From a bacterium (GTDB lineage: Bacteria > Patescibacteriota > Minisyncoccia > Phycocordibacterales > Phycocordibacteraceae), in NCBI GenBank assembly GCA_037200965.1, contig JBBCGK010000001.1, positions 384,001 to 448,000 of the forward strand: DNA of 64,000 nucleotides. The letters are read 5' to 3'. Shown in pieces: positions 1 to 9,584 of this stretch. How positions within the stretch are numbered: the first letter of the stretch is position 1; each line of letters opens with the position of its first letter. The notes beneath the pieces are model-generated. The model did not search any database. It had not been told where the DNA came from and saw only the letters and a program-made list of their open reading frames with translations. The position numbers were made by a program, and so were the translations under genes.

Positions 1-2071
1 ACTCGGCGCGCTTCGCTTCGTACGCTGCCTGCGCCGCTTCGTCGCCCATGATGAGTTCGAGTACGAGCGCTTCGATGTCCTCGGCGCTTCCCGTGAGTGC
101 GGCACGGCGGCGGGCATAGACCGCGAGGCGCTGGGTGTTCATCACGTCGTCGTACGCGAGCACCTGCTTGCGGGAATCGAAGTTGAAACCTTCGATGCGC
201 TTCTGCGCGGTCTCAAGCGTCGAGGTGATCATGGAGCTCTCGATCGGCTCGTCCTCGGGAATGCCGAACGTGCCCATGACTCTCTTTATGGTATCCGCCG
301 CAAAGACCCGCATGAGCTTGTCTTCAAGCGATACGAAGAATCTCGTCTCGCCCGCGTCTCCCTGGCGTCCGGCACGACCCCGAAGCTGGTTGTCGATGCG
401 GCGCGCCTCATGCCGCTCGGTGCCGATGACCGCGAGGCCGCCAAGCGCGACGACCTCCTCGCGCTCCTCGGGAAGCGCCGGAACGCCCCCGAGCTTGATG
501 TCGACGCCGCGTCCGGCCATGTTGGTCGCGACGGTCACCTTCCCCTTCCGGCCCGCCTGCGCGATGATCTCTCCTTCGCGTTCGTGGTTCTTCGCATTCA
601 GCATCTCGTGCGGGACTCCCGCGTTCGTAAGATAGGCGCTCACGATCTCGTTATCCTCGATCGAGACGGTGCCGACGAGGACCGGCTGGCCCTTCCCGTG
701 GAGTTCCTTGATGTATTTCGCGACCGCCGCGTACTTCCCCGCCGCGGTCTGGTAGATGAGGTCGTTGTGGTCGGCGCGCTTCGTAGGCCTGTTGGTCGGA
801 ATCACGACCACCTCGAGCCCGTACACGGTATAAAACTCCTCTTCGGACGAGAGCGCGGTGCCGGTCATGCCCGCAAGCGCGTCATACATGCGGAAATAGT
901 TCTGGAAGGTCACGCTCGCGTACGTGCGCGTCTCCCGCTGCACCGCGACGCCTTCCTTGGCTTCGACCGCCTGATGAAGCCCTTCGGACCAGCGCCGGCC
1001 CGGCTGAAGGCGCCCGGTGAATTCGTCGACGATCACGACCTCCCCGTCCTTGACCACATACTCCTTATCATTATGAAAGAGCGCCTTGGCGCGCACGGCC
1101 GTCTCAAGATGGTGCGCGTATTTCATGCCGCCTTCGGTATACAGATTTTCGAGACCGAGCACCTTCTCGGCCTTCCCGATGCCTTCTTCGGTGATCTGGA
1201 TCGCCCGCTGCTTCTCGTCGATGGTATAGTCCTCACCTTCCTTGAACCCTTCGACGATCTTCGCGAAGCGCACGTAGAGGTCTCCCGATTCCGCGGCCGG
1301 ACCCGAGATGATGAGCGGGGTACGCGCCTCGTCGATAAGGATAGAGTCGACCTCGTCGACGATGGCGTAGTGGTGCCCGCGCTGGGAAATCTGGGAAGCG
1401 TCGTAGGCGGTGTTGTCGCGCAGATAATCGAAGCCCAGCTCGTTATTGGTCGCGTAGGTGACATCCGCCGCGTACGCCTCCTTCTTGGTCGCGGGTCGGA
1501 GATAGTCGTAGAACACCCGGAAGGAGCCAAGTTCGTCGCGCGCCTTGTCTTCCTCCTTCTCGACGTGCGATTCGTCGTAGAGATAGCTCCCGCCTGAGGT
1601 GACGACGCCCACCGTTATGCCGAGATAGGCGTATACCTGCCCCATCCAAGTCGCGTCGCGCCTGGCGAGGAAATCGTTCACCGTGACGATATGCACGCCC
1701 TTGCCTGCAAGCGCCCGAAGCACCGCCGGAAGCGTCGCGACCAGGGTCTTGCCTTCTCCGGTGCGCATTTCGGCGATCTTGCCGCGCGCAAGCGCGAGAC
1801 CGCCGATAAGCTGCACGTCGAAATGCCGTTCGTTTCGCGTCCTGCGGGCCGCTTCCCGCACGATGGCGAAGACTTCCGCGATAGCCTCGTCCGAGGGCTT
1901 TCCGTCCGCAACGCGCGTCCGAAGACCCTCAAGCCGGGCCGCAAGCGCTTCCCGAGGAAGCTCCAGAAGCTCGGATTCGAGCGCATTTGCCCGCGCAACC
2001 ACGGGCGCGGCTTCCTTCAGGAATCCTGCGGACTGGTTGCGGGAGAAGAGCCGGTTGAGGATATTGGCCAT
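1..2071 (-). CDS. secA: preprotein translocase ATPase SecA (partial; C-terminus lies beyond window start)
   Basis: Reverse-complement translation from ATG at 2071 reads MANILNRLFSRNQSAGFLKEAAPVVARANALE...HFDVQLIGGLALARGKIAEMRTGEGKTLVATLPAVLRALAGKGVHIVTVNDFLARRDATWMGQVYAYLGITVGVV, the canonical SecA N-terminus with Walker A GEGKT. The + strand ORFs 135-1597 are its antisense. Confidence 0.9.
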   Translation of the reverse strand, partial: MANILNRLFSRNQSAGFLKEAAPVVARANALESELLELPREALAARLEGLRTRVADGKPSDEAIAEVFAIVREAARRTRNERHFDVQLIGGLALARGKIAEMRTGEGKTLVATLPAVLRALAGKGVHIVTVNDFLARRDATWMGQVYAYLGITVGVVTSGGSYLYDESHVEKEEDKARDELGSFRVFYDYLRPATKKEAYAADVTYATNNELGFDYLRDNTAYDASQISQRGHHYAIVDEVDSILIDEARTPLIISGPAAESGDLYVRFAKIVEGFKEGEDYTIDEKQRAIQITEEGIGKAEKVLGLENLYTEGGMKYAHHLETAVRAKALFHNDKEYVVKDGEVVIVDEFTGRLQPGRRWSEGLHQAVEAKEGVAVQRETRTYASVTFQNYFRMYDALAGMTGTALSSEEEFYTVYGLEVVVIPTNRPTKRADHNDLIYQTAAGKYAAVAKYIKELHGKGQPVLVGTVSIEDNEIVSAYLTNAGVPHEMLNAKNHEREGEIIAQAGRKGKVTVATNMAGRGVDIKLGGVPALPEEREEVVALGGLAVIGTERHEARRIDNQLRGRAGRQGDAGETRFFVSLEDKLMRVFAADTIKRVMGTFGIPEDEPIESSMITSTLETAQKRIEGFNFDSRKQVLAYDDVMNTQRLAVYARRRAALTGSAEDIEALVLELIMGDEAAQAAYEAKRAE

Positions 2072-2087
2072 GAATCGACACTATAAC

Positions 2088-2118
2088 GCGAAAAGCCTCC
2101 TTGTGGGAGGCTTTTCGC
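2088..2118. terminator. perfect 10-bp-stem hairpin (AAAAGCCTCC-ttgtg-GGAGGCTTTT) with flanking T/U runs, usable on either strand
   Basis: Inverted repeat seen directly; lies 35 nt downstream of the small minus-strand ORF 2153-2248 and just upstream of the secA -10 element. Confidence 0.55.
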
Positions 2119-2152
2119 TCTAGATCGGTTCCGCCCGAAGGGCGTTGCCAAA

Positions 2153-2248
2153 CTATTTGCGGCGCTTTGCGGCCTTGCGCTTTGCAGGCTTCTTTGCCTT
2201 CGACTTCTTCGAAGTCTTCTTGGCTGCCTTCTTCATTTTCTTTGCCAT
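2153..2248 (-). CDS. 31-aa lysine-rich small basic protein (MAKKMKKAAKKTSKKSKAKKPAKRKAAKRRK), function unknown
   Basis: ATG..TAG ORF on the minus strand in an AT-rich spacer between murB and secA, followed by a terminator hairpin. Too short for the ORF track. Confidence 0.35.
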   Translation of the reverse strand: MAKKMKKAAKKTSKKSKAKKPAKRKAAKRRK

Positions 2249-2383
2249 GGTGTTTCGTAAATTAATTTCTTGCTCATCGACCCATCCACGCGAGAAATAA
2301 TTCACGCATGAATGTTTCTAATGAACAGTATCGCGCGTAATAACTTTTTGTGTGAGCGAAAAAACAAAAGTGTGGATAACTTT

Positions 2384-3424
2384 TTATCCGAACGCGCGCA
2401 CTTCGCGCACGACAACGATGCCGGTAGCGTCAAAAACTTTTTTCGCGATCATATCGGCGAACGCTTCCACATCCGCCGCGGTCGCGCCGTCCTCGGCGAC
2501 GAGCACGAGCGCTTGCTTCTCGAAAAGGCGCACGCGCTTCTCCCGGAAACCCCGGAGTCCGAGTACGTGATCCAGAAGCCACGCAAGCGGCACCTTAAGA
2601 TCGCTGGTTTCCGGCATGGAGAACAGCGGCATTTCCGGGTAGCGCGCCTGAAGCGCACGGGCATGTGTTTCGGGAAGGATCGGGTTCTCGAAAAACGACC
2701 CCGCAGTACCTTCCTTCGAGAGGTCGGGGAACTTATCGGCACGAATGGACAGGATGGCCGTCCGGATATCGGCGAGCGTCGGGGCCGGATTCTCCCCGAG
2801 CACCCGCGCGACATCTTTATAGGAGCGGTTCGGATCCCGGTACGAGAAATTCGGCGCCGGAACGCTCGAAAGCGTGAACGTCGCGCGCATGATGACGTGT
2901 TTCCTTCCCTCGTGCTTAAAGAAACTGTCGCGGTATCCGAACCGGCATTCATCGCGGGTGTATATTCGGGACGCAAGGAGCGCAGTATCGAACGCTTCCG
3001 CGCGTACAAGCGTCCCGGAGAGCGCGGCCCCGTACGCGCCTATATTTTGTACGACGGCGCCGCCGACGGTACCCGGAATCCCGGAAAGATTCTCAAGACC
3101 CCACAGGCAGCGCAGGACGCATATGCGTACGAGTTCGTCCCACAGGATTCCCGCTCCGGCCGTGACTTCGACGCTGCCGCTTCGAAGCTCAGAAAACGTG
3201 ACGCCCGGAATCCGCGGACGAAGGACGACGCCTGGGTATCCCGCATCGCGCGCAAGCACGTTCGATCCTCCGCCTAGTATGAAAACGGGAAGGCCGAGCT
3301 TGCGGGCTTCAAGAACCGCTGTTTCGATATCTTCTCCGGTATCGCAGTCGATGACGAAGCGCGCGTCACCGCCGATCCTGAGGGTGGTGAGATTCCGAAG
3401 CGAGACGTTCTCCCGGATCGTCAT
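2384..3424 (-). CDS. murB: UDP-N-acetylenolpyruvoylglucosamine reductase MurB
   Basis: 346 aa with FAD-binding PCMH motifs (FILGGGSNVL, GIPGTVGGAVVQNIGAYG) and the C-terminal MurB domain. 4-bp overlap with the upstream gene. Confidence 0.85.
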   Translation of the reverse strand: MTIRENVSLRNLTTLRIGGDARFVIDCDTGEDIETAVLEARKLGLPVFILGGGSNVLARDAGYPGVVLRPRIPGVTFSELRSGSVEVTAGAGILWDELVRICVLRCLWGLENLSGIPGTVGGAVVQNIGAYGAALSGTLVRAEAFDTALLASRIYTRDECRFGYRDSFFKHEGRKHVIMRATFTLSSVPAPNFSYRDPNRSYKDVARVLGENPAPTLADIRTAILSIRADKFPDLSKEGTAGSFFENPILPETHARALQARYPEMPLFSMPETSDLKVPLAWLLDHVLGLRGFREKRVRLFEKQALVLVAEDGATAADVEAFADMIAKKVFDATGIVVVREVRAFG

Positions 3425-5607
3425 TGGCCCTGGGCCGCCATCGCGTCGATCTGCAGGAGAAGATCCCGGCCCTGGGCCGCGGCCTCGGGATGCGCCGCGA
3501 TGCCTTCCTGGACCGCCTTGCGCGCGCTTGAAAGGTCGCGCGCGTTCACGTATCCGGCCGCGAGGCGGAACCAGGCGTTCGCCGCCCCGTTCTGATCGAT
3601 CACGTTCTGCGCCAGGCTTCGTATAAGGCGCGGCCAGTCCTGAAAACGATAGTACGCGAGAATGAGTTTCTCGTTCGCCACGCTTGTCGTCCCGAATGCG
3701 TCCTGGAGAATGGCATCCGCTGCGACGCTGTCGCCGGTGATGACGCTTCCGACCGCCGCATAGACGGCAAGATCGCTGAAGGAAGGATCGAGCGCATAGG
3801 CTTTCTCATACGCTTCCTTCGCACCGGCCATATCTCCCGCTTCCCAGAGGGTATTTCCTTCTTCTATATATATGCCCTGCTTCCTCGGCGACAGCGCCTC
3901 GGCGGCTTCATCTTGTTTGAGTGCGTTCTGGCTGTCCCCGGCGACCCGATAGGCGAGGGCGTATTCGAGGCGCAGGCGCGGATCAAGCGGCAGACGTTCG
4001 ACGAGCTCTCCCATCTTGGCGATCGCGAAAGAGGCAATCGCGGCTTTATCCTCCTGACCCGTGCTTTCGCTGCTTATGGCGCTCACTGAAAACGACACGA
4101 GCTGTTCGTTTATCTCCTGGGAAGCGAACGCCGGGTGCGTGAGCAAATCCCTGAACGAGGCAAGCTGCCCCGCAGGCCCTTGCGCCGAAGGCGTGATGGC
4201 TTCGATAAGCTGGCTCCCCGCCCGGATACCGGGCACGTTCACGAACCAGAGAACGGCGAGGAGCAGCACCGCGGCCACCGGGAGAACCATGGTCGACGCC
4301 GACTCGTCGGCGACCTCCGGCAGGCGTTCAAGGTACGGAACGGGGCGGGCGCTCTTCCCGTGGATATACGCGATGACTAGAACGAACAGGAGCGAGGATA
4401 TGAGATTGTCGAAGACGAACATCGAATGCACCCCGTACGCAACCAGAAGCGACGACAGGCCGACTTTCTCCGCGATCGTGAATTCGGGACGCCGCAGCAG
4501 GAGCCAGAATGCGGCGATGAAGAGGCTTATATACAGAAGGAACGCCGGAAGACCGCCCGCGACGAGCCAGTCGACGAAGGAATTATGCGCCCGGTCAAAC
4601 CACGCCTCCTGGTCATACAGCGACGGGCGATAGAATTCGCTGAAGACGTAGTTGTAGCCTTCCTGACCCCAGCCGAGCACCGGATGCACGAGGAATCCTT
4701 CGTACGCCATGTGCCAGAGCGCGAAGCGCGTCGAGCCCTGGTCGATCGAAATGGACGCGATGCGCGCAAGCGCGGAATTGTTCGTAACGAACGACGAATC
4801 GCGTACCAAGAAGAATCCGCCGCACAGGACGAGGACTGCGATAACCGCTCCCGCGCCGTACCGCCGAGTTTTCCCGCCCGACAACAGCGCGGCGAGAAGA
4901 CCGGCAACCGCGGCTCCGATGACGACCCCGAGGACCGCCCCGCGCGTCTCGGTCTTAAAGAGGATATAGGTCTCAAAGAGGATAAGCAGCGGGAGCGCAT
5001 ACCGGAGCCACGAACGGCGTTCGATCTCGCCCCGCAGAAGCCAGGCGGCTATGCATATATGGAACAGGAGATATACCGCAAGATACGTGGCGTTCCCGAG
5101 AGATGCGTCCAGACGCCCGCTTCCCTGGTGTATCGCGGCGACGCCCAGAAGCTGCAGGACGCCGTGGAGGCACACGATCACGGAAACCCCGAGCGAGGTA
5201 AGCCAGAGCCGGCGCCACAGATCCTTGGCTGACAGTACCGAGCTCGCTACCACAAAAAGGCCGAGAAGATGGACGAGCGTGATCCATCCCTCCATCCGCT
5301 CGAAGTTGCTCCAGAGCGCCTTTTCGGGGTTTATCGCGAAGCAGTCGGCGAGGAACATCCAAAGCACGAATACGGCGAAGAGCGCGCCAAGCCAGGAGAA
5401 GCGCGGGCGGTATCGCTTGTCGGCAAACGCGAGCACCGCCCATCCGGCGAGCGCGATCTCGACCAGGATACGGAAGGCGAACGCCTTTCCGGTTATGAAC
5501 GGGAAATACAGGCTGTTCGTGACCAAAAGCGGAACAAAGGGCAGAAGGAAGAGCGCCCCGACCGCCGTCCACCACCCTATCTGAGCTGCCGTCCCTTTCA
5601 CATGCAT
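3421..5607 (-). CDS. O-antigen ligase (Wzy_C/WaaL-like) family polytopic membrane protein with C-terminal TPR repeats
   Basis: About 12 TM segments plus a Wzy_C-like motif (RAHNSFVDWLVAGGLPAFLLYISLF); the C-terminal ~250 aa is TPR-like repeats. A TATAGT -10 lies 9 nt upstream of the ATG. Confidence 0.55.
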   Translation of the reverse strand: MHVKGTAAQIGWWTAVGALFLLPFVPLLVTNSLYFPFITGKAFAFRILVEIALAGWAVLAFADKRYRPRFSWLGALFAVFVLWMFLADCFAINPEKALWSNFERMEGWITLVHLLGLFVVASSVLSAKDLWRRLWLTSLGVSVIVCLHGVLQLLGVAAIHQGSGRLDASLGNATYLAVYLLFHICIAAWLLRGEIERRSWLRYALPLLILFETYILFKTETRGAVLGVVIGAAVAGLLAALLSGGKTRRYGAGAVIAVLVLCGGFFLVRDSSFVTNNSALARIASISIDQGSTRFALWHMAYEGFLVHPVLGWGQEGYNYVFSEFYRPSLYDQEAWFDRAHNSFVDWLVAGGLPAFLLYISLFIAAFWLLLRRPEFTIAEKVGLSSLLVAYGVHSMFVFDNLISSLLFVLVIAYIHGKSARPVPYLERLPEVADESASTMVLPVAAVLLLAVLWFVNVPGIRAGSQLIEAITPSAQGPAGQLASFRDLLTHPAFASQEINEQLVSFSVSAISSESTGQEDKAAIASFAIAKMGELVERLPLDPRLRLEYALAYRVAGDSQNALKQDEAAEALSPRKQGIYIEEGNTLWEAGDMAGAKEAYEKAYALDPSFSDLAVYAAVGSVITGDSVAADAILQDAFGTTSVANEKLILAYYRFQDWPRLIRSLAQNVIDQNGAANAWFRLAAGYVNARDLSSARKAVQEGIAAHPEAAAQGRDLLLQIDAMAAQGQ

Positions 5608-5622
5608 ATTGCAAAAACTATA

Positions 5623-6678
5623 TCACGCCGAAGCAAGCAGCCAGGCTACGTTCCCGGCAAGCACGGCACAGACCAGGCCGTAGCGCACGGCAGGATGCCG
5701 TACCCGCGACAGCGCAAGCACCGCGATGAGCGCGAAAGCGGGCGCGATGATGAAAAACAACCGGGACGAAACATACCCCCAGAAGAACGCCATGCAGGAG
5801 GCAGGGATGGCGATAAGCAGGAAGCGCTTCTGCCACACGGCAAGCCCACGGACGCGGGCGAGACCGAACGGCACGAGAAGCCAGCCAAGGCCGAGAAGCG
5901 CCGCGAGGCTTTTCGCGATGTTGAAGGCCGTGAATTCGGTCTTGAAACCGGCTTCGCCCGCCTGGTGATACCAGGAGAGATACGTGTAGTGATAACGTGT
6001 ATAGACAAAGATTTCCCAGGCAAGATTCACGACCGCGAAGACACCGACATATACGAAAAGGTCGCGGAACCTCTCGCGCCACGAAAGAGCCGGGTGCGCG
6101 AGAATCGCAAGGCCGAAGGCGAGCGCCGCGACGGCGCTGTACTCCTTCCAAAGGAAGCCGAGGGTGATGACTGCGCTGTTTATAAGGAGCACTCGCCATC
6201 CGGGAGCGCGCAGGTACCGGAGCGTGAGCGCGAACGAAAGCACGCAAAAGAAGAGCGCGCCTGTTTCCGTATACAGATCAACGCCGTACCTGAGCACGGG
6301 ATAGCTCGCGCCAAGCAGGAGCGCAAGGAGCGCGCTCTCCTTCGCAGCGAATCCGAAGGCGCGCCCGAGCGCGTAGCAGGCCGCTATGAGAAGGAAATAA
6401 AAGACGACAACCTGCACGAGAAACGCGGTTCCCGGAGGAAGCGCCGTTTCGAGCGCCGCGACCGAAAGCGGAGCGAGCGGCTTCAGGATTCTCCCGGGAT
6501 TCGCGGCCGCATCCGGCGCGCCCCTGAAAAGTTCCGCGGTTTCAAGATAGCTCGCGTAGTCGCTATTGAGCGTAAGCCCGGCGGCATCGAGCTTAAAGAC
6601 CGCGAGTCCCGCGCCGATGATTAGAACGCATACAAGCGGCGTGAGGGCCGTATGGGAGATAGCGCGCAGCGGCTCCAT
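5623..6678 (-). CDS. polytopic membrane protein, putative GT-C-type (ArnT/PMT-like) glycosyltransferase
   Basis: 351 aa, around 10 predicted TM helices, 3-nt spacing from the neighbouring methyltransferase gene. The family assignment rests only on topology and operon context. Confidence 0.35.
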   Translation of the reverse strand: MEPLRAISHTALTPLVCVLIIGAGLAVFKLDAAGLTLNSDYASYLETAELFRGAPDAAANPGRILKPLAPLSVAALETALPPGTAFLVQVVVFYFLLIAACYALGRAFGFAAKESALLALLLGASYPVLRYGVDLYTETGALFFCVLSFALTLRYLRAPGWRVLLINSAVITLGFLWKEYSAVAALAFGLAILAHPALSWRERFRDLFVYVGVFAVVNLAWEIFVYTRYHYTYLSWYHQAGEAGFKTEFTAFNIAKSLAALLGLGWLLVPFGLARVRGLAVWQKRFLLIAIPASCMAFFWGYVSSRLFFIIAPAFALIAVLALSRVRHPAVRYGLVCAVLAGNVAWLLASA

Positions 6679-6680
6679 AG

Positions 6681-7319
6681 TCAGGATACGCGCTTCCGGG
6701 CCGCGATAAAGACGCCTCCGGACAGCAGATGATCTTCGGGAGCGGAACGGTTGATATCGCCATACGAGCGCACGACGAGCCAGTCCATCCGTGAAAAGAG
6801 AAGCGCGAGAAGATAAAGGAGACCCTTCGTAACTTTTCCTCCCCGCACGTCGGACTGGAAGAATATCCGCTGAAGCTGCACGCCAAGGGCGTAGAACGGC
6901 CCGCTGTCCCCTGCCGCTTCGACGATTTCGAACCGGTGGAACAGCTTCCGGAGGCCGTACGGCGTGAAGCGCCAGTAATCCCCGGGCGCGTCGTGGACCG
7001 GAAACGCGAAGCGCGTCGTAAGGAGGGCGAGGCCGCCGGGCGCAAGCACCCGGTGGATTTCCTCGACTACTTGCCTCGGATCATCCGCATGTTCGAGCAT
7101 CTCGGCGCATACTACCCGCTCGAAACTTCCGTCCGGAAACGGCAACCGGTGCGCGTCCCCGAGCACGTCCGGCTTTCGCGCGGGATCGATATCGACCGCG
7201 ATGCTGTCCGGAAAATAGTCCTTGTGCTCGCCGCTCGTCGCCCCGATGTCGAGCGTGTGCGCGCCGGTGGCGTACTTCGCGAGGAATCCGCGTATCTTGC
7301 CGTGCGTGAGTTTTATCAT
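6681..7319 (-). CDS. class I SAM-dependent methyltransferase (Methyltransf_11-like)
   Basis: 212 aa with motif I (LDIGATSGE) and post-I acidic residues (VCAEMLEHADDP...LAPGGLAL). Confidence 0.7.
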   Translation of the reverse strand: MIKLTHGKIRGFLAKYATGAHTLDIGATSGEHKDYFPDSIAVDIDPARKPDVLGDAHRLPFPDGSFERVVCAEMLEHADDPRQVVEEIHRVLAPGGLALLTTRFAFPVHDAPGDYWRFTPYGLRKLFHRFEIVEAAGDSGPFYALGVQLQRIFFQSDVRGGKVTKGLLYLLALLFSRMDWLVVRSYGDINRSAPEDHLLSGGVFIAARKRVS

Positions 7320-7389
7320 GAGCCCTGCCGTAAAGCCGCACTATACCACGCGGCCGGATACGGTGCGGAAATGGTATAGTCTCCATGAC

Positions 7390-7782
7390 ATGCCCTCTCC
7401 CCATATGCGCAAGCTCGCGCGCTATGTCGTTTCCGGCGGAACCGCAACCGCGGTGAATTTGCTCGTGCTCTATCTTCTCGTCGATCACGCGGGTATGCAT
7501 TATCTTTCCGCCTCGGTCCTCTCCTTCCTCAGCTCGACCGTCGTGAGCTTTACGCTTCAGAAGTTCTGGACGTTCCGGAACCGGGCGACCGAACGCATGC
7601 ACTTCCAGTTCGCGCTCTACGCACTCATCACGGTCACGAACATTTGCATCAATACCGCTCTCATGTACGGTTTCGTGGACGTGCTTGGCGTTTGGTACCT
7701 CGCCGCGCAGGTGCTCTCGGGCGGACTCATCGCCATTGCAAGTTATTTTACGTACCAGAAGCTCGTCTTCGCGTCCGCATGA
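7390..7782 (+). CDS. gtrA: GtrA-family small membrane protein (polysaccharide synthesis/flippase accessory)
   Basis: 130 aa with four TM helices and a GtrA-like sequence (VVSGGTATAVNLLVLYLLV...FTLQKFWTFR). The start is chosen at the ATG 9 nt downstream of a TATAGT; the ORF-track start at 7222 would overlap the divergent gene. Confidence 0.65.
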   Translation: MPSPHMRKLARYVVSGGTATAVNLLVLYLLVDHAGMHYLSASVLSFLSSTVVSFTLQKFWTFRNRATERMHFQFALYALITVTNICINTALMYGFVDVLGVWYLAAQVLSGGLIAIASYFTYQKLVFASA

Positions 7783-8465
7783 AGAAACTTTCCGTCATTA
7801 TTCCCGCGTATAACGAGGAGCGCACGCTTGCCGAAATCGTGCGGCGCGTACGGGCCATCGACCTGTCGCCGCTTGAAATCGAGGTTATCGTCGTCGACAA
7901 CAATTCCAAGGATTCGACCTACGCCATCGCTTCCGGCATCCCCGGCATTCGCGTCATCAAGGAAAAAACGCCCGGCAAAGGCGCGGCGGTGCGCGCGGGC
8001 TTTGCTGCCGCGGCCGGGGACATGGTGATCATCCAGGACGCCGATCTCGAGTACGAGCCGAAAGACTATGCCTCCGTGATCGCGCCGATCCTCTCCGGGA
8101 AGGTGAAGGCGGTCGTCGGCGTGCGCACGATCATTCCCGAAGACGCCCCGCCCCGCGGAGTGGCATACGATATCGGAAATACGCTCATCACGCTTGCGAC
8201 GAACATTCTCTACGGAGGCAATGCCGAAGAATATACGGGCTGTTATAAGGCGTTTACGAAAGAGCTTATCGATTCCATACAGGTACGGGAGCATGGTTTC
8301 GCCTACGAGCACGAGCTCGTATGCAAAGTACTGAAGCGCGGAAATGCGGTCGCGAGCGTCCCGATCCACTATTACCCCCGCAGCTACGACGAAGGCAAAA
8401 AGATCAACTGGAAGGACGGGTTCCGCATCCTTTGGGCGATCATCAAATACCGCTTCGTCGATTAG
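7779..8465 (+). CDS. family 2 glycosyltransferase, GtrB/DPM1-like polyprenyl-phosphate hexosyltransferase
   Basis: 228 aa with LSVIIPAYNEE...DNNSKDST...IIQDADLEY (DXD). ATGA overlap with gtrA. Confidence 0.75.
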   Translation: MKKLSVIIPAYNEERTLAEIVRRVRAIDLSPLEIEVIVVDNNSKDSTYAIASGIPGIRVIKEKTPGKGAAVRAGFAAAAGDMVIIQDADLEYEPKDYASVIAPILSGKVKAVVGVRTIIPEDAPPRGVAYDIGNTLITLATNILYGGNAEEYTGCYKAFTKELIDSIQVREHGFAYEHELVCKVLKRGNAVASVPIHYYPRSYDEGKKINWKDGFRILWAIIKYRFVD

Positions 8466-8489
8466 GAAGAAGGCGGGTATACTTCCCTC

Positions 8490-9584
8490 ATGCCACGCGG
8501 CAAGACACTCGCGCTTCTTCTGGGTCTTGCTATCGCCATCATTCTTGCCGACGTATTCATCTTCGGCATCGGACACGTCGACACCGGCACCTACCTTTCG
8601 CAGATCGACGGCTGGCGGCACTTCACGTTCGCGGTCACGGACAATCCGTGGGACGCGTTCCGGGCGTTCAAGCCGCTCTACGGCGTTCTCGGGCTCGTCG
8701 GGTGGTTTCTTTCGCCGGTCGCCGTGCTGCTTGTCGTAAACGCGGGGTTCCTCTTCGGGCTCTCGGTCGCGGCCTACCTTTGTCTCGAACGACTCGGGTT
8801 CTCAAAGGAAGAGACGCTTCTCGGCACGTTCTGGGTCATGACCGCCTATCCGGCGCTCGGCCTCGGGTTTGCGGCTGGTACCGATATTTCGGGATGGTTC
8901 TTCTGCGCCGCGACCATCGCGATCGCGCTTCAGGCGATCAGGCTCGAAAGCGATCGCCTGCTTATGCTCGCGTCGCTCGTCGGTTTTCTCGGCGCGACGG
9001 GGAAAGAGACCGGGGTTCTGGGACTCGTATTTGCCGGTACCTATCTTCTGCTCGTATTCTTCGATCGGGGATTTCGCCGCACCCTCCGCTCGCTCGCGGC
9101 GCTCTGCCTTCCCTTCCTGGTCCTAGAAGGACTGCTGCTGTTTGCCATAAGCCAGGCGGGACTTCCCGGATTCTTCGGCTGGGTCACGTTCAATAACGCC
9201 CTGTATGCCGATATCCATACGCTTAAATACTTTATAGGAGCGGAACTCGCGACGTTCGGTATCCTGTGGCTGCCGGCCGCTCTTGGCGCATATGCGCTTC
9301 TTGCGCGCCGCATTCGGACCGGTGCGCGGGAGTGGAAACTCCTCGCCGCGCTCGGGTTAGCCGCGCTCATACCGATCGCGTGGCCGACATTCACCGACCG
9401 CATCCTCTACATCCAATGGATCGCCCTTGTTCCGCTCGCGCTCTATGGCGCGCGGTTCCTTGGTCTCCCCCGCTATCGCTGGATCCTCTACCTTGCACCC
9501 GTCGCCGTAAGCGCGGTGTTATTGTCCATCGGAGGGCATGACGGGCTGTACCGCTTCGCGCACTATCTTGCGAATTTCCTATGA
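8490..9584 (+). CDS. polytopic membrane protein, GtrC-like / GT-C-type candidate glycosyltransferase
   Basis: 364 aa with at least 10 TM helices, directly after the gtrA-gtrB-like pair. A TATACT lies 6 nt upstream of the ATG. Confidence 0.35.
   Translation: MPRGKTLALLLGLAIAIILADVFIFGIGHVDTGTYLSQIDGWRHFTFAVTDNPWDAFRAFKPLYGVLGLVGWFLSPVAVLLVVNAGFLFGLSVAAYLCLERLGFSKEETLLGTFWVMTAYPALGLGFAAGTDISGWFFCAATIAIALQAIRLESDRLLMLASLVGFLGATGKETGVLGLVFAGTYLLLVFFDRGFRRTLRSLAALCLPFLVLEGLLLFAISQAGLPGFFGWVTFNNALYADIHTLKYFIGAELATFGILWLPAALGAYALLARRIRTGAREWKLLAALGLAALIPIAWPTFTDRILYIQWIALVPLALYGARFLGLPRYRWILYLAPVAVSAVLLSIGGHDGLYRFAHYLANFL

Noticed and set aside
135-1597. Long plus-strand ORFs (135-635, 410-1597) at the window start
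   Set aside because: They are antisense to the clearly recognisable secA reading frame on the minus strand; long open frames on the opposite strand are expected in GC-rich DNA.
2371-2381. Perfect DnaA-box 9-mer TTATCCACA in the AT-rich murB-secA spacer (possible oriC)
   Set aside because: It is a single perfect box with only weak neighbours, no dnaA/dnaN nearby, and a roughly 50% chance of one occurring at random in 64 kb on both strands.
5269-6624. 451-aa plus-strand ORF
   Set aside because: Antisense to two membrane-protein genes; highly charged low-complexity translation.
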